64,000 nucleotides of DNA from Sphaerodactylus townsendi (GCF_021028975.2 NC_059430.1:72540001-72604000); one strand, 5' to 3'. Shown: positions 11,243 through 24,525, numbered from the stretch's first letter. Notes: generated from the sequence alone by a model not told the origin. Made by a program: numbers and translations.

Positions 11243-14200
11243 TCCTAGAGCATGTCTGATTGACAGCATCCAGAGTCCCTGGCCACATGGGAGACTAATG
11301 AGTAATATGTGAATTGGTTTGTGCTGTCTTTTGTAGTTAAAATATCTATCTGGGTGTCCAGTCACATATTCTTATTGGGAGATCCCCACATCCAGTTGTG
11401 GGTTGGATCTTAAATGCTCACAAAAAGTTGGCAGGTCAGGCAGCTTAGAATGAGAAAGTAGCCAGAAAATCTTTCCTTTCACCATGCATATGCTTGGGTC
11501 CAATGATACAGAAGTGGAAAGGCAAGTACACTTAGCCCAGTTCTGCTTTTGCAACATCTTATGTAACACCTAGGTTTTTTCCTCCCTGTATGTTATGGTG
11601 TCAGAAATTGGTTACACAAGATTTTGTCAATAAATTTGACTTAGTGGAAGAGGCTACTCCACTCTTTTTAAAAAATAACCAGAACCAAAAAATAACCAGA
11701 ATAACCAGAATAACACAAATGGAAATTTTGCACTGGATTTAACCCATAATTTAGGACTCAAATGAGAGAATTCACTTTTTTAAAAAGTCCAAATAATTTG
11801 GAATTACTTAGGAGTGTTTTTTTTTTTTTGCGAGTTACTAACATGGGACATTTTCTACAAACTATTTTCAGCACATACCCAGGATCATGTTCCATGATCG
11901 AGACGGGACACAATAACATTCTTGTCATACCTTTTTCTGTACTAGGCACATGATCATCTTAAGGAAGGAGAAATCTAGAAGACTGACTGTTGCCAGTTTA
12001 TGTCAGTATTCCTTTTTAGTATAGTTCTAACAGCTATTTATGCTGTTAGGAGTTTTTTAAGCTTTGTTTTTGATTGATAAGCAATAAAGCAATAAAACAC
12101 AGTAGAATTTGTCTCATGCTGTTACCCTCACAGCCCACAGATCTTTCTGTAGACCTTGAAGGTGAGAGGTGGGTTACCTCAGTTGAATACTCTCTGGTAG
12201 TTGATGCTGTCTTCAAGAGCTGATGGTATGAAATCCTGATCTGGATTTAAAAATGTATAGACCCTCATTTGGTACACAGGTATATGAGTAGTTTAGGGAA
12301 AGATTGGTAAGGGGCTATTCAAATGAAATCCTCTCAGTATCTCTTTGGGATGATGCAAGTTCCCTGGACTGGGATTTTCTTCTGTCGATCTAATCCTCAG
12401 CATGCACATCTTTTAGTAGCTTAAAAGTGTTGAAATCAAATTCTCTCACACTTGTTTATGATGTCTCAACTGTTTTCTTAAGGGCATGGCCTCCCTCCCA
12501 GGCCTTCCTCTCAGTGTACACAGTCTGCTCAGTTTTAGCACACAGTAATATGAAAAAAATGGGAGAAATGAATAGTCCTTGCCGAGGTGAAAGCGTTGCA
12601 ACTGCAAAAGTAATGAAAGAATACAGAAAGAGCTAAAGCCATAAAACATATATCAGCTTGTGTATGTAGGACAGGCATTGAAGAAACTTGAACCAAGCAG
12701 CTCTGATCTGAGATTCTGATAGGAGTTTTTTTAAAAAAATAAATAAAAACACATCTATATAAAAAAGAAAAGTTAAGATCTTCATGTATGTGAAGCTTGT
12801 ATCATTCTTATGGGGTGTATTTTGTTACTTGGCAATTAAAAGAAGAGGAGGAACCTGTTTTCCTTCTTTTTTCTATATAACAGCCTAGCTCTTTGCTGAA
12901 TTCCCTGAGTATGCGTCCATGATAACATGCCTGGCAGGAGCAAGAGAGCAATGAGGGTCTTCTAAGTAAGATTTCTTTTAAATGTCAGATAATAATCTCA
13001 ATCATCTTTAATTTAATGCATTAAAGACAATGAGTTCCCCATTTCCATCTTTTTTTGCTTAAAAATGAGTTTGTCTGTACTACAGCAGCTAAGAGCTTGA
13101 AATTAAGAACTGCACTGCTGATATAAGTCTTACAGTGAAGAAAACTAGAGCGTGGTTTTGTTGTGTACCACTGGAATACACTATCATATAGTCTAATTTA
13201 ACCTGTCTGTAAACCAGATTTATGACTGATTTACACCATCATATAAAACACATCAATGACTCTCACTTTTACATTATTTATTGTGGCTCATTCATATATT
13301 TACAATACACTTGCTCTATAACAAAAATGCCATTTGATTCATCTTCTGAAGTCAGAACTTTGCATGTCAAATGACACCAAAAGGAACACAGCATATAATA
13401 CTTGCATATAATACTTGATAATAATACTTGAAATTCATATAGTGCTTTTTGTAAATACTTGAAGGCTCAATAATCTTCAATATGTCCTCAATAATCCTCA
13501 CAGTTCTTAAAACAGACCAATGTGAAAAGGACTATTTTTAAAAGACATGCTCCCCCCCACACACACACACCTTAAAATTGCTAATAATAAAACAGGGAGC
13601 CCAGTCTTGATTAGTGAAACTGAGCAGGGGTTGAAGGATTAAATTCCTTCTTCTCATGACGTCCAAATCCAAATTGCAGCTGTCCCTGAGTAATTTACCT
13701 TTAACAGAATGATGGAGATCCATTATCTCCATCATGCCCATTCTGACCCTTATTATTCTTATATTATAGATTATATTATTACTGTATACTTAACTCCAAC
13801 TGAGAAAATTGCACATTGGGCAGAAAAAGGGAAAGATCACATCCATCAGAATCACTAAGGACATCTGTTGAGTAACTATCCTTCACTAATTGCTTTGTAC
13901 AAGATTGGCTGCCCTTTAGTGATTCACATTTGCTAGAACTCTTGGAAAGAAGCAAGAACTATCTGCTGAACTATCTGATTATGCCCACAGAGTTTACTCA
14001 GATCCTATGCTAGAAACTATGCTAGAAACTTCTCAAGTAAGTTGAATGTCAAAGGTGTGGATGATACACTGTTCCCTCTTGGTGTTTAGCATGGTACCTG
14101 CACACTGGTATTACTTGACCGCCTCCTAGCTAACCAAACTGGGAGGGACGGTACTTGCTCCCCCATCACCCAGTAATCTCCTGCCACCTGTGCAGAGTCC

Positions 14201-14805
14201 TCATCTGTGGACTCACCAAAGGAGGAGGTGCTAGGTGAGCGTCTGGAGGATTGTGTACGCCGAGCCAACTTCCGACCCTTCCGCCCTACCATCGAGGTCT
14301 GCAAAGTGCCCTGCCCTGCAGGGAGGGCGTTTTCAGCTACCCCTTCGACCACTGCAGCCTTTGAGCCGCTTGCCTGGTTCTCCACACCTTGGGAAGGCTG
14401 CTGGCCCCACCCTGACAGATTTTGAATGGGATTATTCCCCACTGAGCTTGCCGCCGGTTGAGAGATGGGTGGCTGACCCGCCAAATTTAAAGGCTTCTGG
14501 GCCAACCCTGACGGACTTTGATTGGGATTATTCCCAACCGAGCTTGACACTTGCTGTGGGGTGGCAGCCTGACCAGCCAAACTTTGGGTGGGCGGCTGAC
14601 ATGTCCCGAAAGAACCTTGGGGGAAAATGTCCCTGGCCATGCTTGGCCCAGGAGGGGGCAAAAACGGGGGGCCCATACATCATGCCAGGATTACCCTGGA
14701 AGGCAGGCTGAGGAGGAAAAGAAGAGATAGGGCCTCCACCTCCCAACATGTGTGTGTGTGTGGGGGGGGAAGCCCCTATGTAGCCAGTCTCCCATGGTGT
14801 AAAAT

Positions 14806-14910
14806 ATGAGCCAGGTAAGACGCCCAAATCCCTTTCTTGGTCTGTGACTGATAGCACTGACCCCTGTAGTGTGTATGTGAAGTTTGGATTTTTTGCCCCT
14901 ATGTGCATCA
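14806..14910 (-). mobile_element. About 100-bp CR1 ORF2 fragment
   Basis: Encodes MHIGAKNPNFTYTLQGSVLSVTDQERDLGVL; close match to the reverse complement of about 27973-28070. Confidence 0.85.
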
Positions 14911-15812
14911 AACTGTTCCTTTTTGCTTGTGGTCTAATTAGACATATCCCGTGCTCCCTGTCTCCTTTGCTTTCATTGGTCATCATGGCAAGGTTGAGTT
15001 ATATGTTTCAAAGTCCTCCCCCTCCTATTTCTCAAGTATTGTAAATCACTATTACAAAATGGAAATAATTCCCCACCACCTGGCCTTCTCCAAGTTAAGG
15101 ATATAGATGCATTTATAAAATGTGATGATTATGAACCCAAGAATCTGACCCATTCATCTAACAAACACTCAATCTGGGCTACAATTGAGTTCATCTATGT
15201 AGCTTTGCATTTTCAATGCACAAAATTTTAAAAAAGAGAAACAGGGACTTTCATGCAATGGCCAGGTAATAATGAATGTGTTACTGTAGATCTATGAGTG
15301 AAATGGCAGACATAAGCACTGCCACAAGAAGAAAATGTGCTTGTGAGACCTTGTGTACTGGCAGGAGGTCAGAGAATCATCCTACAACATGCTTGGCGAA
15401 CTGGGCAAAATGGTGGGCAGGCAGAATCATCCTGAAATTGCAGACAACAGCAGAAATGAAAGTAAAAAGGTAAAAGAGTGGAAGGGAGGAGGGAATCGGG
15501 TGGTGTGTGGGAAAAATAAATTATCTTCTGCCTGTTCTATTCACACGGTGGCATCTTCAAGTCAGATTTTTAAAAAAAGATCACTACTTTAGCGATTTTT
15601 GAAAAACCCGGTTTGAAAGAAATAGAATGGGCTGAAGTTGTTTTGGAGAAGATAACTGTGCAAAAAATAATGTGCTCAGCCTGTTATATTTATGCTGTGT
15701 GGAATCTACCAGTGACAAACAAAAGTATAGGAATTATCAATGCATTTGGAGATTAGTTGTACCCAAAATATACATGATATGAAATAGGCATGGGTAGTTT
15801 ATGCCATTTTTA

Positions 15813-16270
15813 CAGCCCAGTCCACAGGCAATGGTGACCAGGAGCAGCACCATCTCCACAGAGGGCTTTCAGGTGGCATGGGGAGGCAGCAAAAAGAAAA
15901 AAAATCCCAGCCACCTGCAAGTCTTCCATAGGGCTTAATGGAATTATGCCACCCAAAGTTGAAAGCTCTGGCTGTGGCATTCCTAGCTCAAAATCCCAGG
16001 TGGAAGCTGACTAAAGTCAGCTCCATCCCTGGAAATGCCCTGGCCCACCCCAACCTGCACTGGTTTGTGATTGGACACCAGCGTTGCTTCATGCCGGTGC
16101 TCACTTCTTGGTTTTGCCACCATGGAGCTGTGAGGTGCCTGGCCACCAGCATCTTTGCCCTCTACATTGGGTGGGGTGCCCCTTACACTGGCAGAGGGGG
16201 CAAATGAGTCAGTGCAGCCCAGTGCTGCTACTATAACCTATTCACCCCCTCCCCAATCTGGATTGGACTG
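15813..16270. mobile_element. GC-rich TIR-like element with CAGCCCA(A/G)TCC ends
   Basis: Inverted termini cagcccagtcca / tggattggactg; related element at 50610-51238. Confidence 0.5.
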
Positions 16271-16686
16271 CCCAAGTAATGGGAAGAAGTAGTCATATGA
16301 TTTTCAGTGAACCACAATCAGGCCTAACGAGCTACATATCCTGTATTACATTTTTTAGATTAAAGTAAAATGTTTCATCTTCCTGCACAGGTTGCAGAAA
16401 TAACTAAAGTTTTGATTTAATAAGATGCAAATTTTGTGAGTATGCAATAGTTTTCATGTCTGAAATACAGTGAAGAGTGTTTCCATTCCTTAAGAACATG
16501 GGATTAACTCTGTTTATATAATCATGTATAGTGTCAACAGGTACCAAATTCTTTATCCTCCCTAAGAACTAAACCATCATTTTCAAGTGACAGCCCAGGA
16601 TCTCTAGAAAAAACATTTTGGATTGCTCTAAATGTAAAGGTAAATAGAATACTGTGTTGTGTTTAACAACTGTCTTAGTACTCTCT

Positions 16687-16689
<3 letters not shown>

Positions 16690-16722
<33 letters not shown>

Positions 16723-16743
16723 ATGTGTGCACGCGTGTGTGTG
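16690..16743. repeat. (TG)n microsatellite
   Basis: Direct observation. Confidence 0.95.
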
Positions 16744-16777
16744 AGGTGACTTGAAGAAAAGTTCAGGTAATACTTAT

Positions 16778-17165
16778 CATATTTATTTATTTATTTAGAA
16801 TATTTCTATGCTACCTCTTCAGAGTCCTACTTGAGGTAGCTTTCTATTACAAATCACATTAAAACACAAGTATTCGGACATAAAATCACATAAAACTATC
16901 CATAAAGAACATTAATATGTAAAACCAGTAATTAAAAGCCTGGGTAAAAGGATGTGTTTTAGCCTGGTGCCTTAAAAAAGGAAAGTATGTGGCAGGTGAG
17001 CTTCAAGGGGGAGGGTGGTTCAAAGGTAAGGTGCCACCACTGAAAATACCCTGTCTTTAGTTACTACCCACCTCACCTCTGAAGGCCGGAAAATAGACAG
17101 CAGGGTAGGTAGATCTCAACTAATGTGCTGGATCGTATGGGAGAAGGAAGTCTTTCAGATAGTAT
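16778..17165 (-). mobile_element. Degenerate L2-like LINE 3' end
   Basis: (TTTA)n tail and L2-type 3' motifs on the reverse complement. Confidence 0.55.
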
Positions 17166-17667
17166 TTGAATACTAGGACCATATTGTTCCTTTTAAAATA
17201 TCTCTGTGGAGTCTTATGGTTCTTATTCAGTGCACAGACTCCCTGTGTTCAAAATATGTCATATCTGAATGTTTGAAAATCCTGAATTTCACAACATTTG
17301 GAATTGAGAGTACCAGTCTAAGCAGAGCTATGTCCTCCAAACCCATTTAAATCAATGCACTTAGAAGAATATAATTGTATTTAGGATTAAACAGAATTGC
17401 AGAGACTAATTCATTTATTTATACTATGCTTTGGGAGCCAAAACAAGTCCCATCATGATCAACCCCTCCACTTTATCCTCGCAATAAGCCTATGCAGTAG
17501 GTGTGTGCGCGCGAGTGACTGATCCAGGGTCACCTAAATCTCTAGGAGTTTCCCAACCTGGAGCTGGCAACCTTACCGCGCCCCTCCCCCAATCTCCCTT
17601 TGGAGGCTATGAGGGACCTGGCATCTTTAGAGTGGAGATTCAAACCTGGATTTTCCATATTCTAGTG

Positions 17668-17790
17668 CAGTGGTGGTGAGCCAATGGCACTCCAGATGTT
17701 CATGGACTAAAATTCCCATCAGCCCCTACCAGCATGGCCAATTGGTTGTAGTCCATGAACATCTGGAGTGCCATAGGTTCGCCACCATGG
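17668..17790. mobile_element. Palindromic hAT MITE with internal deletion, nested in a minus-strand SINE
   Basis: tggcactccagatgttcatggacta / tagtccatgaacatctggagtgcca arms; degenerate TSD ttctagtg / tcctagtt. Confidence 0.8.
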
Positions 17791-17836
17791 TCCTAGTTTG
17801 ACACTGTAATCACAAAACCATGCTGGCTCTCACTAA

Positions 17837-17935
17837 GACAGATTCCGCATGGATCAAAAACAGCGGTGTGAAAACAGTGTGAAAACGGTGTAAACCCTTT
17901 TCACGCCGCTGTTTTTGGCCCCTGCGGAATCCGCT
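17837..17935. mobile_element. PIF/Harbinger-like MITE, 99 bp
   Basis: Palindromic; TAA TSD; same family as 54146-54263. Confidence 0.8.
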
Positions 17936-18009
17936 TAACAGTGCAAATCGAAAGATAATTCATTTCAATGGGCTTAAACTGGAGTAACTGCATAGGGTTG
18001 TGCTGAGAA

Positions 18010-18330
18010 TCCTGTTTCCAAAAGTAGCCAACTGTTTGCCTCTTGGAAGCTCATTGGCAGAAAATTAAGAGCTTTTAATGTGCTGCTATTCCTCAGAAAC
18101 TGGCAACATTTAACCATAATGGTAAATAACTTTTGTTGGATCTACATGTATAAATTTCTTTAGTCACCTTTTGAAGCCATCCAAAATAGTAAGCCATCCC
18201 ATATCATGTGACAGTCGACTCATGTAGCAGTGAATTCCATTCTAAACTATTTGTTGTGTGAATAAATATTGCATTTTATGTGTCCTGAATCAATTTAATT
18301 GGATGACACTGAATTCTAATGTTAAGGGAG
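18010..18330 (-). mobile_element. Old CR1 3' fragment
   Basis: ttttgaagccatcc...gaattcca...tgtgtgaataaata is the reverse complement of the CR1 C-terminal region. Confidence 0.5.
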
Positions 18331-19036
18331 AGTGCAACTGTAAAGATTGTGGAAGCCATGGAAAATGAAGATATTTACACTTTTAAATTCAATAAATATG
18401 CCAAATGGTACAATTTTATATGATGGTTGTTATAATTGTTAAATTTTATATTGTTAAATAAGCAAAAGAAGTCCAAGTTTGACAAGAAATTAAGCATTTC
18501 AGCCATACATTTCAGTCCTTCCTAAAACTACCATTTTCCTCATAGTTTTAGATTTAATTTTGAGAAATTTAGATTTAGTTTTGAGGGTAGTTTTGTTAAC
18601 TCTCCAAATCCAGTCTTCCAGAAACTTTTCAGGAATTTTTTTTGCAGAATTAAACACAACAATTCTCTTCTAGTCTTGCATACAATTTCTCAGGGTGTGT
18701 TATCATACAGTGTGCCTTTTAATGTAACCATTCTTTTGTTTTGGCCTGACTCTAGAGAACAGTGATACTTAGGTATGCCAACCCATGTGTACATTGGTCT
18801 TGTGTTTGTTGAATAGCATCTTTCTCCTTTAAACCGAAGCACCTTTGAAACAGAGAGAACTTTCTAAAGCAATTTACATGCCAAATAGTCCATTACTAAA
18901 TGGGGGAGAGGTCAGGAATCCCACTGGGCATACCCAATTTCATTGGTGCGCCTAAAGTAGCTCTTTGAATCACAGCCATAATAAGGGTTGTGAAATCAAC
19001 CACATTTTCTTGGAAATCCATTCATTAAATTTTCAG

Positions 19037-19038
<2 letters not shown>

Positions 19039-19078
<40 letters not shown>
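19039..19078. repeat. (GT)n microsatellite
   Basis: Direct observation. Confidence 0.95.
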
Positions 19079-19081
<3 letters not shown>

Positions 19082-19284
19082 CATTAAAATGGTTTAAATA
19101 AGTAAATGAAATAAACTTCCACTGATATCGTTCAGATATTTTTACATACTACATCACATATGTGAAGTAAGATTTGCATAATAGTTATCCTTTACAAATA
19201 AAATGTAGATGCACTGTTTTTTTAGTCATAGAACACCATATTACATTGTTATATATGATGCTTTGGGAGAGAAGACAGCATGGG

Positions 19285-19398
19285 ATGTCTGATCCTGTCA
19301 GATCTCAGAAACTAAACAGGGTAAGTACTTAGGAGGTAGACCACTTCTGCTTCTCGTTTGGCTGGGGTTTCCACAAGTCTGCTGTGACTGGATGACAC

Positions 19399-19400
<2 letters not shown>
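19285..19400 (+). mobile_element. 5S rRNA-derived SINE, degenerate
   Basis: ctgatcctgtcagatctcagaaactaaacagggt..agtactt..gacc resembles 5S; ends in a (CA)n tail. Confidence 0.6.

Positions 19401-19478
<78 letters not shown>
19401..19478. repeat. (CA)n(GA)n compound microsatellite
   Basis: Direct observation. Confidence 0.95.
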
Positions 19479-19480
<2 letters not shown>

Positions 19481-19944
19481 CTTTGTAGCTGACAATATCG
19501 GGGATGTTGCCCATCTGCTAAACTGGACTAGTAATAAAAACATTAAGGCCCTAGTGATTAACAATGGGTTAACTGGGCAGATCATATGCTTAAATGTATA
19601 TCTCCCAGTCTATGGAAGAGATCCATCAGTAAATCATCAAACATGGAAACTGCTGAATGAGCTTTTAGAAAAGGCTGGGGACAAGTACCCAGAGGCTGAA
19701 ATATTGCTCTTGGGAGACTTTAATGCTAGAGTGGGTCAAGGTATTGACAGTTCCAAACAGTCAAAGTTCCTTGGGGTAGAAGTAGTACCTTCCCTGGACC
19801 TCAAGTGATCAAGTTTTTAATAAAGGATGTGCATTTTTAATATGCCTTATGTTATATTTTGGTTTGGTATTCCTTAATGGGACTGAATACGATAGAGCTA
19901 AAGGTGCATTTACACTTCTGAATAGTGGTGAGATACTAAACTTA

Positions 19945-20084
19945 GGCCCCTTCCGCACACGCAGAATAATGCACTTTCAATTCACTTCCAATGCACTTAG
20001 CAGCTGTGGAGAATAGCAAAATCCACTTGCAAATGATTGTGGAAGTGGATTGAAAGTGCATTATTTTGCTTGTGCAGAAACAGC
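19945..20084. mobile_element. Short Harbinger-like MITE nested in the LINE
   Basis: ggccccttccgcac terminus; internal inverted repeat aataatgcactttcaa / ttgaaagtgcattatt. Confidence 0.7.
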
Positions 20085-20168
20085 GGTGCCCTTATTTAGA
20101 AGTATTAGTGATTATGTTGCCCTGTATTTAACTACAGATAAGGCACTGGTGATCTAACAAAAATCTTG

Positions 20169-20624
20169 GGCCGTTTCCGCACGGCCACCTCGCGCCCCCA
20201 CGCTGGCAAGAGTTCTGGCGGCGTGGGGGCGGAAGCCCCCGCAGGAGAGGCGGCTCCGCACGGAGCCGCCTCTTCCCGCTCCTCCGTCCGACTCACGATG
20301 TCCTCGTCGTCGCCTGCTGGCCGTCTAAGCCCCGCCCACGCTGCCCTCCGACCCCTGGAGGTCGGAGGACAGTGTGGGCGGGGCTGCGACGGCCAGCAGG
20401 CGACGACGAGGACATCATGAGTCGGACGGAGGAGGGAGACAGCGTCTTCCTGGCGGCCTTTAAAGGGTTGTTGTTTAGGGCGGCCTGACGCCGCCCTGGT
20501 GGAAGGGAAGCGGAGTCAGGTCGCCGCTGCTGAGTTGCAGCAGCGGCGCCTGTGCGAACGGCGGCCTGGGGGCGACGTTTTTACCGCCCCCAGGCCGTCG
20601 TTTATGGGCCGTGCGGAAACGGCC
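20169..20624. mobile_element. CpG-rich PIF/Harbinger-like non-autonomous element, 456 bp
   Basis: Perfect 18-bp TIR GGCCGTTTCCGCACGGCC; 3-bp TSD TTG. Confidence 0.9.
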
Positions 20625-22224
20625 TTGGTTTGATCGTGACGGTAAAATAAAAAAGAAAGTGCTTCAGTCTATACAGGCCAAACTCAGATATCATTATAGA
20701 AGTGTGGTTCGACAACTTCTTACACAAGCCAGGACAGAATACAAACAACTAATTAAAGAAAAAAAGATCGCATTTAATAATGCACAGTGGGAAGAAATAA
20801 GGTAGGCAATGGTGTGCAAGCAGGAAAAGAGGTTCTGGCAGTTGATAGAATGGGGCACAAGGGATATGCCTTCAGTGGACAATACAGTAATTCCAACAGA
20901 AAGATGGCACAGTTTTATAACAGTGAAGTAATTGAATTGGGGGATTATCAGGTAAAGGAATTAGAATCATTCCCCGCGTGAGGCCCAGTTCAAATGGCTG
21001 AATGTGGAAAACTGATTGGTTCCCTTTGTTCAGGCAAGGCACCGGGGGAAGACCACCTGCTTCCAGAAGCTATAAAAACAAATGTACGATGGTGGTTGCT
21101 GATCTTAGCCAGATTATTTACTGATATAGATGCATAATGTAAAATTCCTGATAACTGGAAACAGAGCATAATTGTGCCCATTTTCAAAAAGGGGCAAAAG
21201 ACCCTTCTAATCAATTATAGACCTATTAGTCTGTTAGATGTAGTCTAAAAACTATACACAAAGCATCTTCTTACCAAATTCAATGTCTGGCCAGAAGAAT
21301 CCAGGATACTTAATGATATGCAAGCTGGATTTCGGAAAAACCATAATACTACTGATCTTTGTTTAACACTAATGACTTTGATTCAAAGTATGGCATCCAG
21401 CAAAGTGGAAGACTCTATGTAGCATCTGTTGATCTTACCTCAGCTTTTGATTCCATAGAGAGATCAATTCTTTGGAATAAATTAGATAAGACTATCATTG
21501 ACGGAAAACTTTAAAATAGTGAGAGACCTACACACAGGGATTTCTGCAAGAGTTAGAGTGGGAAACAGAAGGGGGGCAAACAGAGTTGCTTACTCTCCCC
21601 TTTCTTGTTCAGTTTTTATATAAACTATTGTGTTTCTGTTTTGAATACATCTGAACACTTCCCACCACCCCTGGAAGGTAAAAGAATACCGGTACTTTTA
21701 TATGCCAGTGATATGGTTATTTTGTCATTCACAAAAGTGGGCCTGCATAGGATGCTTGGGAGTTTGGCAAATTATTGTGAAAAGAAGAAACTAAAAATAA
21801 ACCACAACAAAACTAAAGTTGTAGTTTTTAGAAACTCCAAAGTGAAACATAGATGGGCCATATCTGGTCATAAAATAGAACAATGTCCTGCTTATAACAA
21901 CTTAGGTATAAATTTTCACTCTAATCTTTCATGGAGGGAACATTTTAAAATAAACACCATCAAGGCAAAATGTACTATTGGCATACTGTTAAATTTTTCT
22001 ACCTAAAGGGAGGTCAAATGGTGGCTCCAATACTAAAAGTATTTTTAAGTAAAGTGATAGCACAGTAGCTGTATGGGGCAGAAATATGGGGCTGGAAGGC
22101 AAGCGTAGCAAGCCAATTAGAAATCATTCAAAATAACTTCCTCAGAAAACTCCTGGGACTCCCACGAGCCACCCCTGCCCCCCTGATGCGAATGCTGGTC
22201 TCCCAGCAATAGCCACAATACACC

Positions 22225-22616
22225 CAGTGGTGGGATCCAAAAATTTTAGTAACAGGTTCCCATGGTGGTGGGATTGAAACTGTGGTGTAGCGCCAATGGG
22301 GCTGGGCGGGGCACGATGGGGGCGTGGCCAGGCATTCCAGGAGCGGGGCATTCCTGGGCGGGGCTGTGGCAAGGATGCAACTGCTGTGCCTGTCCTCGGG
22401 CGGGAAACGAATGCACACAGACGCAGGCTGCCACACACGCCGGTGCACCTCCTGCTAGACTGCTTCAAGTTCTGCGCGCTACTGCTGAGAGGAGGGGCGT
22501 AACTAAGGCAAAAATCACGTGGCAAAATCACCAATTAGTAACCCCCTCTCGGCACACACAAATAATTAGTAACCTACTCTCGGGAACCTGTGAGAACCTG
22601 CTGGATCCCACCTCTG
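22225..22616. mobile_element. Non-autonomous hAT element, 392 bp, nested in the LINE
   Basis: TIR CAG(T/A)GGTGGGATCCA; perfect 8-bp TSD aatacacc. Confidence 0.93.
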
Positions 22617-23759
22617 AATACACCTCATGATTTTGTTATATTATAAAAGGCTTAGGGGCATGACTGAGAATTTGCTGGTAAAAGATACCTACGAGTACAT
22701 GGAAAGGACTGGCAAATGGAGGGATCTTTTGCTTTCTCTCCTAAAACTTTATGAGATCCTCTCAGTCATGGAAATCAAGATTTGGAAGGTAAGCCAAATT
22801 CATGAATGGATACTTAATAGAGACACTTCATGACAAACAGAGAGTGGCCCTCACAAAATTCGCACCCTGCATCCCCAATATTAAAATAAATAAAAGTTAT
22901 GCGTGATACCTTTTGGATTTAACTTAAGAAAGCGTTTACCAGCTTGCGCTTTCAGACTGTCCATACAGAGGTTCGCTACAGCATATATGATAAGCGGTCA
23001 AAATAATAGTTTTTATGTAAGTGTGAGTTGAATCAGGTGGAAGATATCCCCTGCTATCTCCTGAATGCCCTTTATATGAACATATCCAAGATAAATACCT
23101 TATAGGTATTTTGACAGACTTTAAAAGGGCAGAAGAGGACAAAGTAAATTATCTTCTGGCTGATGTGTTTCCAGCATGTACATTAAAAGTGGCCACTTTC
23201 ACTTTCTGTCAGCACTAATAGAGAAGAAGATGGCCTCAGTGACTCTGAGTAAAGCCAAATTGTAGTATACAGTTTTTGGTATCTTAATCCTATTAGGTAG
23301 TGATTTTATTGTATATTTTGCACTTTTTGTAGTTTGTGTATACTGTTTTTTACACTTCCCATTAACAAGATAATATTAGGTAATAGGAAAGCTATGTTTA
23401 ATGTATTACACAAAATTTAATAGGAATGAATGGGAGCTATAAATGGTAAGTTTTAGTCATAACTCTTTTAAATTGTAATTGCTATGTCTTGGCCTATTTT
23501 AACATTGAAGATTTTTATCCTTTGAATGTATAGTTTTGCAGGCATGGTTTATGTTTATGTCTATTAATGTATATTTTCTACACCGACTGTGATGGCCTAT
23601 GGCTAATGCAATAAATGAACTGAACTATCTCTCACACACATACACACAGACACGTGATACTTTATATTATAAATTTTGACTTCAGGAATCATATTAGATA
23701 AGTCAAAGTTATTAGGAGTTTTTTTTTTAAATTTCCATGCCATATTACAAACTATTTCT

Positions 23760-24175
23760 GAAACTACTCCTATGCAGAAGTTGCTCTCCTTGGATGACGT
23801 ACTACTTGATGAACTTCTCATTGTACCTTCCCTTAGATCAGTTTGTTCCATTGCAGGCATAATTAGGACATTTCCAGCAGCGGGGCCCATGTTGTGGAAT
23901 TGGTTGCTGCTGCAAGGGGTGTTGAGGGGACCTACGTTGCAGACTTTTTAGAGGGTGTGCAAAGTTTTCTGTTTCAGAGAGCTTTTTGTGTAGGCTAATG
24001 AAGTTACTGCTGAAGGTTTTGTTGTGATTCTTGATATATGATTTTAGAGATTTAATTATGTGGTAATTTACTATCTTTTAAAAATTATATTTTTTTTGTT
24101 ACTTGTGTTAAGCTACTTTAAAGTCCAAAAGCAATTATGGTATATATAATTTAAATAAATATGTTCAAATAAATA
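23760..24175 (+). mobile_element. Old L2-like 3' fragment upstream of exon 2
   Basis: cttagatcag..ggacattt..gttgtggaat..ttt motifs and a (taaa)n tail. Confidence 0.45.
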
Positions 24176-24339
24176 AATATTTTCATTTTCAAAAGTAGTT
24201 TGCTTCTGGCAAGGGCTTACTATTCAGAATGTCCAAGATCATCTTGTGTGCAAAATAACTGTTACTTGAGTCTTTAGATCTTTTTGGATTTTTGGTTCTT
24301 CATGTACTTTTGCCAAAATGTATTTCAACATTAATTTGA

Positions 24340-24525
<186 letters not shown>

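Larger units (their letters stand above)
19479..23626 (+). mobile_element. Decayed non-LTR retrotransposon (APE endonuclease + RT, RTE-X-like) with three nested DNA transposons
   Basis: ILLLGDFNARVG (APE), [23 protein letters not shown] (YADD-like), LKINHNKTKVVVF, LYGAEIWG, ECPLY; AATAAA followed by (tgaac)2 tail; many stops and frameshifts. Confidence 0.85.
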
